The notes beneath the pieces are model-generated. The model saw nothing but the letters and a program-made list of their open reading frames with translations, did no database searches and had not been told where the DNA came from. Shown one piece after another: positions 13,001 to 27,300 of a DNA stretch of 57,880 nt. The position numbers and the translations under genes were made by a program. Position 1 is the stretch's first letter, and the number at the start of each line of letters is the position of its first letter. Source of the DNA: Octopus bimaculoides (taxonomy: Eukaryota); the NCBI RefSeq assembly GCF_001194135.2, contig NC_068996.1:6230347-6288226 (forward strand), written 5' to 3'.

Positions 13001-16000
13001 TCTATGGTAGGACACCCTTCATGTTGTTAACCACCTACTTGTTTGTAAGTGAGATAATAGTTTCCCAGTCCATCAAACAATAAACAGCCTGGATGAATGC
13101 AAAGAATAGAAACAATCCTGTAAGAATAAGTCTCTGTGTATATGTATATACATATGAGAGTGTATGTGTGTGTGCGCACACATTCAATGCATGACAAACT
13201 TCCATGCAGTGGTCAGCTTGACACAATAGTAAATGTTTGTCCAAGGTGCCCTAGACCCTGAAACCATGCAACTATGATTCAAGCAAATAAAAGAAAACAA
13301 AAATTATATGTAATATGTTTTTTTTTTTTTGTCCCTTCCTCAAGGTTGTTGCCAACGCAGTGGCTGCCATATCTGAGATTCTAGATGCTTCACCAAGTGC
13401 TCAACAAGTATTAGAAATGACCTCCAATACTATTAACAAGCTTTTGACTGCTCTCAATGAGTGTACAGAGTAAGTACAATGTTGGCCATTTAATATGATT
13501 GTGTGTGTGTGAGAGAGAGAGAGAAACAGATGTTTTTAAAAAATGTTACTTAAAAAACTTGACATGTCTGATTTTTTTTTCATACTGGAATATTTCATGA
13601 TGAAATATGGAAAAAAAAAACACTTTAATAAAAATAAAAGTAGATCACAATTGTGTTTTCAATATGTATATGTGTGTGTGTGTGTGTGTGTGTATTAAGA
13701 TTTTGCTTAGGCATAGTAATACTTATAACCTGCTGTTAGAACCCAATGTACATATATTTCAAAATAATGTGTTAAGCAAGTACAGAACATATGGAATTAG
13801 AGAAATGACAAGGGAACAGGAATTACATAATCAGCTTCATTAGTTTACAGCTGTTTCTGTTATAAGACGTAGTGTGCTGAGTGCTTGTGCATCACCTAAT
13901 AGTTTCCTCAGAGCCTCTAAAATTTGTATGTTTGTATTTACAAATTTGCAACTCTTACAAAAAGCATTTTTGATTCAGATGAAAAAAGAAATTAACAAAG
14001 GGCAAGGTAACTGAAGAATTTTTAGTATGAAAACAAGGGAAGAAAATAAGATTCAGTACAATTCAATTTGGATTTTTTTTTCAAGTTATATTATGGGTTT
14101 CTAAAATATGTGCTGCCATGAATCAATGCTAAAAATTAAAGAAAAAGAAATCTCTTTTTTTTTGTGGGGTTACAGAATAGATACAGTTGTGAGTAGTATT
14201 TTTTTAATCTATAGATTTCTTATAATTACATTTTCAAGCATTTCAATTATTGACTATATTGTTTCATAATATATATATTACATGTAATTTGTGAGTGTGT
14301 ACAGCCTAGCGGTTTGTGTGTTGCACTCATGATTACAAAATCACGGTCTCATTTCTTGGACTGTGTGGTGTATTGTGCCCTTGAGCACAATGCTTTGTCT
14401 CCTGTTGTTCTGGGACACTTCAACATCTGATGTTTTGTACACCATGAAGCTGTTCAGGCAACATCAGTTTGATGGAAGATCCTAATGCGCAGCAGAAACA
14501 TTTAATCAAATCATATGTACAGGTCTTTCAGCAAGAAATTGCAGAACATTCTTTCTCGTATTATGCGAGACTGCCATCATCATCATCATCATAACATGTA
14601 ATTTAAATATTATTTATTTATTTTATTTAATTGCTTTTTTTTTTTTGTGAACAGATGGGGTCAAGTGTTTATCCTTGATTCGATTTCCAACTTTACACCA
14701 AAAGATGAGAGAGAAGCTCAAAGGTAAATCATTTTTTTCTTTATGGTTTTGTTAATAAAATACTTTTCAGTGTAAATGACAATTCAATGCTAATTTGAAT
14801 CTTGCATTGAATTCTTATTCTACTTCTAAATACACACCCAACCACAAAAATGTGTGTATAAATAAACTCATTTTTTAATATGAACATTGCTAGAACAGTG
14901 AATTGCTAGACTGATTGTCTTTTGGTATTGAATCTTGTGTCATTAGATGCTGGGATCAAATCCCATCAGGTTTGACTTCACTTTTGCATCTCGTAAGGCT
15001 TGGTAAAATAAATATTGGTAATAGAAAAACGTCAGTTCAATCTATTATATTCTTCAGAATTTATGAAATGGTTCTAAGGTTACAACTGATTCTGAGGCCA
15101 TTTTTTACCTAGTAAAGCAGGGATTAGCCTTGTGGGTCCCATCACAGTCTCATTCATCATAGTTCTCTTCTCATGATAGAGCTTCTTGCTAGCCCATTTT
15201 TAGTCACTGCTTTCAGACATGCATGTATTTATTTTAAAACTGTAAATCTGTATTTTATAAGTAGGTAGGATAGACATTTGAATGAATTTAATGCTAAAAG
15301 CTATGTTAAATCTATTAGTTTCAGACCTTACCTTCCATTAAAAGTATGAAAAAAAAAAAAAATGACATTATCACATGGGCTGAGGAATTGAAATGAAAAT
15401 GTGATGTGGAGGAGAGACAATGTGAGAAGATCAGAAATCTGGGCTGCAAAATGAACAAAGGAGAGAAAAGTTAAGAATTGGGGCGATAGAAATAAGAAAA
15501 ATGCAATGTTTCAAGCAAGGTTAAAAGAAAAAAAAAAGTGAAAATTCAAGAACGGTGGGAAAGGGGAACAAATTGAATATAATTAGCTGAAGACTAAGTG
15601 TGCACACTTAAATCTATTCAAGGATTAAAAAAATACTCAGTATTTCATTTCATTTTGTAAACTTTTTAGTTATTTTTCTGCAGTTACTGATTTTGAGGAT
15701 TAATGAAGTTTATCTTTTCTTTTTTTAAAATTCTTTGATTATTTCAGTATTTGTGAAAGAGTTACTCCAAGACTTGCCCATGCCAATGCAGCTGTTGTAT
15801 TGTCTGCTGTCAGAGTAAGTTTCTTTTAAAGGCCACATATTGTTGAAACCTTTCAGAGTCTATCATATTGGATTTTATTAATATATTGTACCTCTTTAGT
15901 TTTCCTATTTTTAAAAATGTTTCTTATAAAAAGAGTGAAAAATTAAGTTTTTGATTTTGCCATCATGGTTTATAATTGATTGTTCTTTATTCAGAGTAAT

Positions 16001-19000
16001 TAACAAAACCTATTTGGTAGTCTGTCGAATGGGCTGCCCTTATTTTTTTGGCAACTTAATTCTATCACTCCATTTAGCACCACCACCACCACCACCTGAC
16101 CTTTGAGTGCCTTTTGTAGAATATTCTCTTTTGTAAAATTCATACCAAGTTGCTGGCTTGATGTAGTTTCCTCCCTCCCAACTAGTCCTGGTGGTATGGA
16201 AAATCTGATGGGCATTGTTCTTTCCTATTCAGGCCATAAATAAAAAAAAAAAAGGCATCTTGACATGTATTCATCTATAATTATCTTAGACTGCACCTTT
16301 CTCCATATCAGACCTGATTACATATTCTCTGTCTTTGATTCATCTGGATACAATAGATAACATCTATTACATTATACGTAGACATCATCATAGTCAAACC
16401 AACCAAAATACATCTATATAGTAGTTTGAATTGCTAGCAAAAAAGCATTGAATTTTTCATTTCATCATCATCATCATCATCATCATTTAACGTCCACTTT
16501 CCATGCTAGCATGGATTTGGCAGAGTTTCTACAGCTGGATGCCCTTCCTAACGCCAACCACTCTGAGAGTGTAGTGGGTGCTTTTTACGTGCCACCGGCA
16601 TGAGGGCCAGTCCAGTGAAAAATTGACTTAATAGATAATGTGGTTTTGAGTACAATATTCCACAAAATAAGATTGAAAAGGTCATGATCTAAATGCCTTT
16701 GGACCATAGGTCTGTTAATCATAGCTGACCTGGATGTTAAACAAAAACAAAACATCAAGCATGGTTGTGTATCTTGTAGATCATTGTCTGTCATTGAAAC
16801 GGCCATTTTTCTCATTCACTTTCTCAACTTTATTTGTAAAAGTGCACTAACATCTACTAGACTGTCCTCAGTTCATTTTTATCCATGCACTACTTATGCT
16901 CTGTTGTTTCTATATATGCAGTAAGTCTGACAATGAGTTGTTATTGTATTACATTTATTGTTTCAAGAATACATGGTTCAGAGTCATCATGGTGTCTCTG
17001 AACCGTGTACTCTTGAAATGATCATAATGAAGGAATGAATGTAATCCCGTAACCTCCATTCTTAGACTTACTGTATTATGCTTCACGATTCATAAATTAT
17101 TCCTGGAATTTCAGTTTGCATGGAATATTTTCCTTTAAGGGAAACTGTCCACTTCTATACACTCTGTTACCTGGTATATGAAGGCGTGGTTTAGTGGTTA
17201 AGGTATTTTGCTCACGATTGTAAGGTCGTAGGTTCAATTCCTGGCGACGTATTGTGTCCTTGAGTAAGACACTTTATTTCATGTCGCTCCAGTCCACTCA
17301 ACTGGCAAAAATGTGTTGTACCTGTTATTCAAAGGGCAGGCCTTGTCACATTGTGTGTCACACTGAATCTCCCTTTGAGAACTATGTTAAGGGTACACTT
17401 GTCTGTGGGAGTGCTCAGTTACTTGCACATTAATTTCACGAGGAGGCTGTTCCGTTGATTGGGTCAGCTGAAACCCTTGTCGTAATCAACAGAGTGCCAG
17501 TTAGCTGGTATTTGCACAAGTGCTGATAGAAGATATCCTGTGTAACACTAGAGTTCAAATCCTCTCTTTTACTTGCACTATAAAAATATAGTCTCCATAG
17601 ATTTTTTACTTGTTTTAGTCATTAGTCTGCAGCCATGCTGGAGCACCACCTTGAAGAATTCTTAGTTGAATGAATGAATTGACCCCAGTACTTACTTTTT
17701 TTTTTTTTAAAGCCTGATACTTATTCTATCAGTTTCTTTTGCTGAACCATTAAGTTATGGGTTTTAAACACACCATTACTGGCTGTGAAGCAGTGGTGGG
17801 ACAGATACACAAATATGCACACACACACACCTGACACACTTCTTTCAATTTATATCTATTCACTTTATGTATAGAAGATACTATTTGTTAGTATTTTCTA
17901 TTAATTTTTTTTTTTTTTTTTTTAAATTTTAGGTGATAATGAAATTTATGGAAATGATGGAACCTCAAAGTGAATATATCAATATGTTGGTTAAAAAACT
18001 GGCTCCTCCATTGGTCACTTTGCTCTCAGCTGAGCCAGAAATTCAATATGTTGCTCTACGTAATATAAATCTTATTGTGCAGAAGAGGTAAGATATTTAA
18101 AGCAAAGCATTTTTTTTTAACCTTTTGATTTTGTAATAGTTCAGCATTTTATTAAAAAAAAACAAAACAAAAAAAACCTCAACAATATATGTCCCTGTTT
18201 GTTTCAGACCTGATATATTAAAGCATGAAATGAAAGTGTTTTTTGTGAAGTATAATGATCCTATCTACGTCAAACTGGAGAAACTCGACATAATGATTCG
18301 TTTGACCAATCATTCCAACATTGTCCAAGTTCTCTCTGAACTCAAAGAGTGAGTAAATTTATTTCTTTATAAGCAATATAAATTGTTTTTGACTCTGTCT
18401 TGTTCAATTTTTTGAAAATGATAAGCACTTAATAGGAAATATACTAATTATAAGGCATGGACGGGCAGTTATGAAGTTTGCTTTGCAACCATATGGTTTC
18501 TGGTTTGATCCCACTACTTGGTGCCCTGAGCATCTACAAGAACTTTAGGTTGACAAATTCCTTGTAAGTGCAATTTCACAGATGGAAGCTGTGTAAAAGC
18601 TTGTTGTGTGTCTGTGTGTGAAATAACTTCTTTCAGATGTTTCGAAGCTTCCTTAGAAATATCTGATAATTTCTGTTACCAAGGTAGCATAATGAGCAGT
18701 AGAATAGGGCATTCCGAAAGCAAAGCAATTGGTCATAAAAAATTGATGGAGCTATTATCTCTGCTTGCAACAAAAGGATTCTCTCTCTGAATGGTGGATA
18801 GATTGTATGATGCTTGTGTGTAAAATATGATGCTGCATGGCAGTGAAACATGGGCATTGAATGTGAAGGATGTGCAAAGGCTGGAAAGAAACGAGGCAAA
18901 CATGCATAATATTAGTGTGTATGAAAGACAGGCCACAAAAGAATTAGAGATGAACAGGGTGTAAGAGTAATTAGATATAGTGTGCAAGACAGAAGCCTAA

Positions 19001-22000
19001 ACTGATACAAACATGTGATGGGTATGAAGAATGACAGTTCAGTAAAGAAGTGCTAAGCAGTCCAAATGGCAGGAACCTGTGGAAGAGGGAGACCAAGGAA
19101 AACATTGAAAGAAATGGTGAAATATAATCTCATTAGACTTAGTCTCCCAAATGAGCTGATTGCAACAAATGTCTGAATGCTATGTTAGAAAAAATCCAAC
19201 CAATGCATGCAAGCTTGGAAAAGCAAACATTAAATGATTATAATTACATCTACAATGTGTGTTGTAGCTTTTTTTTGTTGATGCGTATTGGTGAAAGAGG
19301 TATATTTGGCCAAAAGCACCTGATTAACATATGCTTTTAAAAATAAAAAAAAATCTTGTATTTTTCCTACCCAAATTGCACAACCTCCCTTAAAATATGT
19401 CAATGTTTATTTTTTCTAAAATATTTGTGCAATTTTACTTAGTGCAAAAAAATGTAATGTTTCTTTTCATTCTTATTTTTTTTTGCTTTTTTTTTTATAG
19501 GTATGCCACTGAGGTTGATGTGGACTTTGTACGTAAATCTGTCAGAGCCATTGGTCGATGTGCTATCAAAGTCGAACAGGCTGCTGAGCGATGTGTTAGC
19601 ACGCTGCTTGACTTGATCCAAACTAAAGTTAACTATGTTGTTCAAGAAGCTATTGTGGTCATCAAGGTATAAAAACAAATGATAAACGTTATTTCAGTTT
19701 GCTTTGTTACTGATATAATCTTTGGATAGTATTCAATCCTTTGGATTTTTTTTTTATCTCCATATATATGTGTGGTCTTGTTTATAAGCGGAGTGATTGA
19801 AAGTGTCATAAATGGCTGGATAGCAGTATAAATGCTTAAATAAAAACATTTATTGAAAAGCTGTATAAGGCAAATTTTTTCATTTGAGTTTCTAATTTTG
19901 CAAGTGATTCTTAAACTTCTAATATTTTTTTTTTTAAGGATATTTTCCGAAAGTATCCCAACAAATATGAAAGTATTATTGCTACTCTGTGTGAAAACTT
20001 GGACACCCTTGATGAACCAGAGGCAAGGTAAGCAGCCTGATTTCCTACTTGAAATTATTGGTTCTTGATAGTAATGCTGAGATGAAATGATGAGGAAGAT
20101 TTTTGATGCAAGCTGATAACTTTAGATGAAACATATTACTTGGCTTTTTTGTTATTATTATTGTTGTTATTCATTTATACAGTGGAGGTGCAATGGCCCA
20201 GTGGTTAGGGCAGCGGACTCGCTTTCATAGGATCGCGGTTTCGATTCCCAGACTGAGCATTGTGAGTGTTTATTGAGTGAAAACACCTAAAGCTCCACAA
20301 GGCTCCGGCAGGGGATGGTGGCGAACCCTGCTGTACTCTTTCACCACAACTTTCTCTCACTCTTACTTCCTGTTTCTGTTGTGCCTGTAATTCAAGGGGT
20401 CAGCCTTGTCCCACTGTGTCACGCTGAATATCCCCGAGAACTACGTTAAGAGTACACGTGTCTGTGGAGTGCTCAGCCACTTGCATGTTAATTTCATGAG
20501 CAGGCTGTTTCGTTGATCAGATCAACTGGAACCCTCGACGTTGTAAGTGATGGAGTGCCAACAACAAATTCATTTATACAGAATGAGGCAAAATCTATAA
20601 TATTTCTTTTATTTGAAACAAACAATGTTTGATATTATTGAACATTATTTGAATTTTGATTATCTTTTAAGTCACATCATCATCATCATCATCTAATGTC
20701 TTCTTTACCATGTATGATATATTGATTGAATGAAATATTCCATCAAAAATTTGGAGATTTAAGAATAAACCTTTTCATTGGCACCGAAAGCTTCTAGTGA
20801 AATCAGATTTCGTAACTTGTGATATTGGTTTCAGCCTTTACTGGAGTACTGCTTTTAAGGGCTTTAGCCAATTACACCAATCAACAATAATTTGTCTGGT
20901 AGTAATGATCAAAATAGTGTGCCTTGATGGGAAGGGATGTAACTCAATACTTAAATTTCACAAGGTATTTTTGTTTGGTCCACCCACCCACACACATACA
21001 CACTCACACAAGTCTTGTTCACACTTTTCTGTCTCCAAAAATGAACTCACAAGACTTTCATTGACAAGTGGCTATGACAGAGGACAATAGCCAAAGTGCT
21101 AGTCTTAAAGATCAAAGCAACAACCATGTGGTTGAAAACCAGACTTCTTAACCATGTGGATGCCTAATTAATTAGAAAAATACAACAGTCATAAGTACTT
21201 ATATCGCTCCAGCAAGGTCACAGTCTGAAACCAGTAAAAAGAACAAAAGAAGCAAAAATATCTCATCTAGCTTCTAATTGATGCAAGAAATTTTTATGAC
21301 AATCTTGAGATTTATGAAGAATTTTTTTTTCTTTTTAAAGACTTATCCATTTGTTCACTTCCTGTGCATATCCTATGTACTGTTCATGCAGTTTTGCTTA
21401 CTCTTTTCTTGTTGTTTGCTAATGTTAATGTTTTAATTGTAGAGCATCCATGATTTGGATCATTGGAGAATATGCTGAGCGTATTGATAATGCAGATGAA
21501 CTTCTGGAAAGTTTCTTAGAAGGATTTCAAGATGAAAACACACAGGTATGATAGGCCATGTTTTATTCAATAATAATTAGGCAATTGTTACACAAAAAAA
21601 AAGGTGTAATGAAATTGAAATCTTCAAAAGATTGTACGAGTAAATGAAATCGATCCAATGAATATATGTAATCTGTTTTTGAAAATTACAAAAAAATTAT
21701 ATAAGCAGCAATCAGGGGCCTCCAACTATGACTGGGTTGCTATCCAATAACAAGTTATACAGAAGGAATAAATTTTAAAATTCCACTTCAATTTAATGAA
21801 GTATCACAGTCTGCAGAGGGGTTTTGCAAGCTATGAAACATATGTAGTCTGGATATTATCTACTCCATTCCCTAAATTTGGATTCTTATTTGCAAACACC
21901 GCAACCCCAGCTGCTAATCATAAGCTATAAAATAACTTATTGAACTTTGATATGGGTAAAATTTACAACCTTCAATGTCAATAAACCACTATTGTTCCTG

Positions 22001-23815
22001 GAAGCTGTTTTTTTATGCCTTCTACAGACTGCTCGAAGCTTACTAGCTTCCTACTCCCTGGTCCTTGGATCTTATCTTCATCATCATCATCATCATCATC
22101 GTTTAACGTCCGCTTTCCATGCTAGCATGGGTTGGACGATTTGACTGAGGACTGGTGAAACCGGATGGCAACACCAGGCTCCAATCTGATTTGGCAGAGT
22201 TTCTACAGCTGGATGCCCTTCCTAACGCCAACCACTCAGAGAGTGTATGTATTATATATGCTGAGAATTAAATTATATGTTATTCACTTTGTGTATCGTT
22301 AAGTGCATTGTCTTGATCTGTGGTGCAAAAAAGGTCAGTGGCTGCTACTTTGTTTGTAATGCATCTCTTAAAATAAAAATGCATAATTTGATTGACTGAC
22401 AACATGCATTAGCAATTAGTCTTTTTTTTTTTTGTTAATGTTCTGAGTTCAAATACTACCTTGGGAAACCTCTCACCTTTTTTTGTGGTTGATTAAATAA
22501 AGTAGTATTCTATGGAATACTATGACTTTGACACTCATTTTATTTTGTTTTGTTTTTACTTCTTTGTTTCTTCATGCAGGTCCAATTGCAGTTACTAACT
22601 GCTATTGTGAAACTGTTTTTGAAACGCCCTACTGACACACAAGAATTAGTTCAGCAAGTTTTGAGTTTGGCCACTCAGGTAAAAAAAATTACAAACACAT
22701 TTGGTCTGTTCTTTGTTTTAGAATTATAAACTTAGTCAAATACAAGATGTAAAATGGTTTTAGCTTATAATTTCTAGTGTTGTTTGGAACTAGAAACGTT
22801 TATGATATGTATTTGAATTTTTGTTTTTAAACTCCTTTTTAGTCTCAAAGAAATCTGGAAGTTATATGTAAAATATTTAGTGAACCTGTTATGTAATTAA
22901 TACTAAAATATTTTTCATGGTTATGTCAGAGAAATAAGGGAAATACTGAAAGACCCTTTCAGGGCCTATAAGACTAGTGGGAGGAAGGGAAGAGGTAAGT
23001 TATCCCCAGGATGGAAAACTGGGCTAAATTGCTTGTATTAGAATAATCTCTATTTAAGGCTACCCAAGGACGAAGTGTTGGTGTTAAGCCAGGCAACAGA
23101 TCAAGTCTACCTACCCTACCATCTATCTATACCTTGTCAATACCAAAGCTCTTGTAGAAGACATCTACCCAAGTCACTGTTCTGTAAGCTTCAAACTCAA
23201 AACCCCACAACTGTGATGCAAATTTTCTTAACTTCACGTTTATGCCTCTACTGTCCCAGCTTTTTATAGAGATGAGATTGCTTGAAAAGCACCATTTAAA
23301 CAGAAATTTTAGAAAGCCAAACAACTATGACAATATTTCTCATCATTATACATTCAGATTATCCCCTAATTTAAATTTGTGATTTTACATGTTTTATGCT
23401 AGCTAAATATCAATTTCTTACAAAGACATTCATATATAGGAGAGTAGAATAAATACAATTAACACTGGTGTATTTGGTATATACTTCCATAACTGTGGAG
23501 CTATGAAGGACAGAACTGATCCCAGTAGAATTTGTAAAAACGATATAAATAAATAGCACAAGGTATTTTAACTGATGTTGTACCAATATTATTCCCACTT
23601 GCCCACAAATATAATTCAGGTCTGTCTTAACAAATTTTGCTTTGTAACCACATAGTACTAGGTTCAACCTTACAATATGGCACCTCAAGAAAGTGTCTTC
23701 TAATTCATCATCACATTAACCAGTGCTTTGTAAGTGGAATCTGGTAGATGGAAGAAACTATTAAAAAGGCTTGTTGCACATATATTTATATATGTATGTG
23801 TGTTTGCATGTGTGA

Positions 23816-23852
<37 letters not shown>

Positions 23853-24298
23853 GAGACAAAATCCAAAATTACAGGTAAAAAACTCAATTAAAATCAATTT
23901 ATAAAAATTAAAATTAAATTGAGCCTTATAGATAAAGTATATATATATTATATTATATTATATTTATCTTATGATATTTACTTTACTTTATATTATACTC
24001 ATTTATTGTGCTTTTAATTATTAATTTTTCTATATGTGATAGTGGATTTTCATNNNNNNNNNNNNNATATATATACCTTTTACTGAAGTACATTATTAGT
24101 TACAGATTCTGTGAATGTGATGTTTGTGTGTGTGTGTGTATAAGCATGGCTGTGTGGTAAGAAGTTTGTTTCCCAGCCACATAATTCCAGGTTCAATGCT
24201 ATTATGTGATACCTTGGGCAAGTGTCTTCTACTATCACCATGGACCAAATAAAGTGTTGTGGGTGAATTTGGTCAACAGAAACTGAAAAAAAAGTATG

Positions 24299-24350
<52 letters not shown>

Positions 24351-27300
24351 TAGTGTGTATGTTTATGTTTGTCCTACATCACCACTTTACAACTGGTGCT
24401 GGTTTGTTTGCATCCCTGTAACTTAGTGGTTCAGCAAAAGAGACGAATAGAATAAGTACTGGTTTAAGAATAAAAACATAGTACTGTGGCTGATTTGTTC
24501 AAGTAAGCCCATTTAAGGAAGTGCTTCAGCACAGTTGTAGTTAATGGCTGAAACCACTAAGTATTCTGTTGTCAATTTGTTCCTAATTGAAAAATATTTT
24601 CTTATTGATAATTTTAATAAAGTAAGGGTTCATTTTAGAGAATTGCATTGCTTTGGGCTTACGTACCCTTCTGCTTTGTTCTGCAGATGTTTAAATCCTT
24701 ATTTTGTTTATTACTTAAAGGATAGTGATAATCCTGATTTGAGAGATCGTGGTTACATTTATTGGCGTCTCCTTTCAACTGACCCAGCTGCTGCAAAAGA
24801 TGTAGTATTGGCTGAGAAACCCTTAATCTCTGAGGAAACAGACCTTATAGAACCAACTCTTCTTGATGAACTCATCTGTCATATTGCCAGTCTTGCTTCA
24901 GTTTACCACAAACCTCCAAATGCATTTGTTGAAGGCCGTTCAAGCACACGAAAGGCTCTACCACCTCGTTCTACATCGTAAGTTCACATGTTCTGTTTGT
25001 TTTTGTTTTTTTCTTTTTATATATTCCTTCTGTTCATTTAATGGTTTCAGTCATTGGACTGCATCCATGTTAGGTGCACCACCATATCAGTTTCTAGTTG
25101 CCAAACTGTTAAGTTACAAGACATAAAAGCACAAAATTTTAATACAGATATAGGCACATTTGCAATACAAGCCTATCCACATTCAATCCCAAAACTCCAT
25201 CCACTTATCATCATCATCATCATGTTACACACGTCACCCTTCACTAGATCTATGTTTTTTTTCATACTGGCATGGGTTGAACAGATGGATCTTACAGTGT
25301 CTGTCCATTGTAAAGCTCCTTCATCATGTGACACTAACAGCAACAACAGAGAAAATTGCTAGTCTTTGTTGTTGAGTGTGTTATATATTGAGGCATTATT
25401 TTCACATGTAGATGCTCTCCTTATAACCAACCATTTTATAGCATAGAATGAATAAGTTTTATTTACCACAGGCTGTAGAGATGTTGCTTGTGACCGAATT
25501 AAAGCGACCCCTTTATCCAGGACCAGTTCCTATTCAAAATTACCGCTCCCTTTTGATGGTTTGTCTTCGCTGCTGCTTGTGGGATCTGATAACTCCATAA
25601 ATTACTTACTTTATATTAAATGGATATAGTGTTAATGTGAACATTACTAAAAAAAAAAAGGAAGTTGGATTGGAGTGTGTCTGTGTTTGTCTCCCCAACA
25701 TCGCTTGAAAACCGATGCTGGTGTGTTTATGTCCCCCGTAACTTAGCAGTTTGGCAAAAGAGATTGATAGAATAAGTACTAGGCTTACAAAGAATAAGTC
25801 CTGGGGTCGATTTGCTCGACTAGAAGCGGTGCTCCAGCATGGCTGCAGTCAAATGACTGAAACAAGTAAAAGAGTAAAAGAGTATCTTTACCTTATTATT
25901 TTTAAAGAAAATTATGATATACTTTATTTTTTTGAGAAAAATACAATAAATTTTTATGTTTTCTTGAAATTCTATTTTGATATTTAGCGGCAGCTTGGTT
26001 GAAGAAGCTAACCAAACTAACCAAACTGTGTCAGCCGATCAAAACAGTACTCAACCTACAGTAATTCCGGGAGTTGATTCTCTCATTGGTGATTTGTTAG
26101 ACATGGACCTTGCTCCACCTATGCATCAACAACAGCAACAACAAATGTATTCTACTCAACAAATTCCAACTGCTGGTGGTGGAATGGATATCCTAGGTGA
26201 TGGACTTGATACACTAGTGAGTATTATTTTTATGCAAAAACGATAATTTGAAAGGAATTATCTATAAAAAAAAAAGTTTTAAAAAAATGTTTTAATTCTT
26301 TTTTTTGTTTTCTTTTTCATGTTACATGTAAGAAAGAAGGTTTTCTTTTATTAAAAAAAACAATTTCAGTCATTCATGATATTGGAGCAAGTATTTTCAC
26401 AACTGATAATGTGCATGGCTGTATGGTTAAGAAATTCACTGTGCAACCCTGTGATGATAAGTTCAATCCTACTGAACACACTACTACATAGCAAAAAAAA
26501 AAAAAAAGAAGTTATCATTTCATGTCCTTTATTCCATGCTGGTATGGGTTGAATGGTTCAACAGAAACTGATGAGCCAGAGGAGTTCCAGTGTCTACTTT
26601 GGCATGATTTTTATGGCTGGATGCTCTTCCTAATGCCAAGCACTTTACAAAGTGTATTGAGTACTTTTTTATGTAGCACCAGCCCTGGTGAAATCATCAA
26701 GTATCTGCAAGACAAGATCCCTTTTCATGTGTGATTGTGTATTGTCACCATCATTTAACATCTGGCTTCCATGCTGGCATAGGTTGGACAGTTTGTTAGG
26801 AGCTGGTAAGCTGCTTGAGAACTGTGCCAAGATTCACTGTCTGCTTTGGCATGAATTTTGCAGCTGGATGCTCTTCCTTGCCCCAACCACTTTACAGAGT
26901 GGTTTGTATAATTGCCAGCCATCCAGTGTCAATAATTCTGCTAGTAACCATCAGGCATATATTGTTTTGATCTGGAGAAAACCACTAGGCTGAAGGCCTT
27001 TGCAGGCCCTCAATAACTGTGAGATTGACATGGTTACCATTCCTCTTGAGCAGCTCCAGTCAATGACTGCAGCAAAAAAGCATGAACAAGGAGGGATTTA
27101 CAAAGGGCCAATATTCTGAGAAGTAAGAACTAGGTGTAGTAATTTGTGTGCGATTTGGGAGCAAGGTGTTTGTAATTATTTGCATGCAATAACGTTCAGA
27201 TGTATATCATCATCATCATCATCATCATAGTGTAATGTTCATTTTTTTCATGCTTCCGTGGGTTGGACAGAATTTACCAAGACAGATTTTCCACAGCCAG

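Noticed and set aside
20181-20260. tRNA-like sequence with A and B boxes (similar heads at 17180, 52719 and 55835)
   Set aside because: No complete cloverleaf, and each continues into a repeated SINE body; these are SINE heads, not tRNA genes.
21947-22144. ORFs with poly-His or poly-Ile/Tyr tracts (also 90..344 and 52752..53259)
   Set aside because: They are translations of (CAT)n LINE tails and (TA)n microsatellites.
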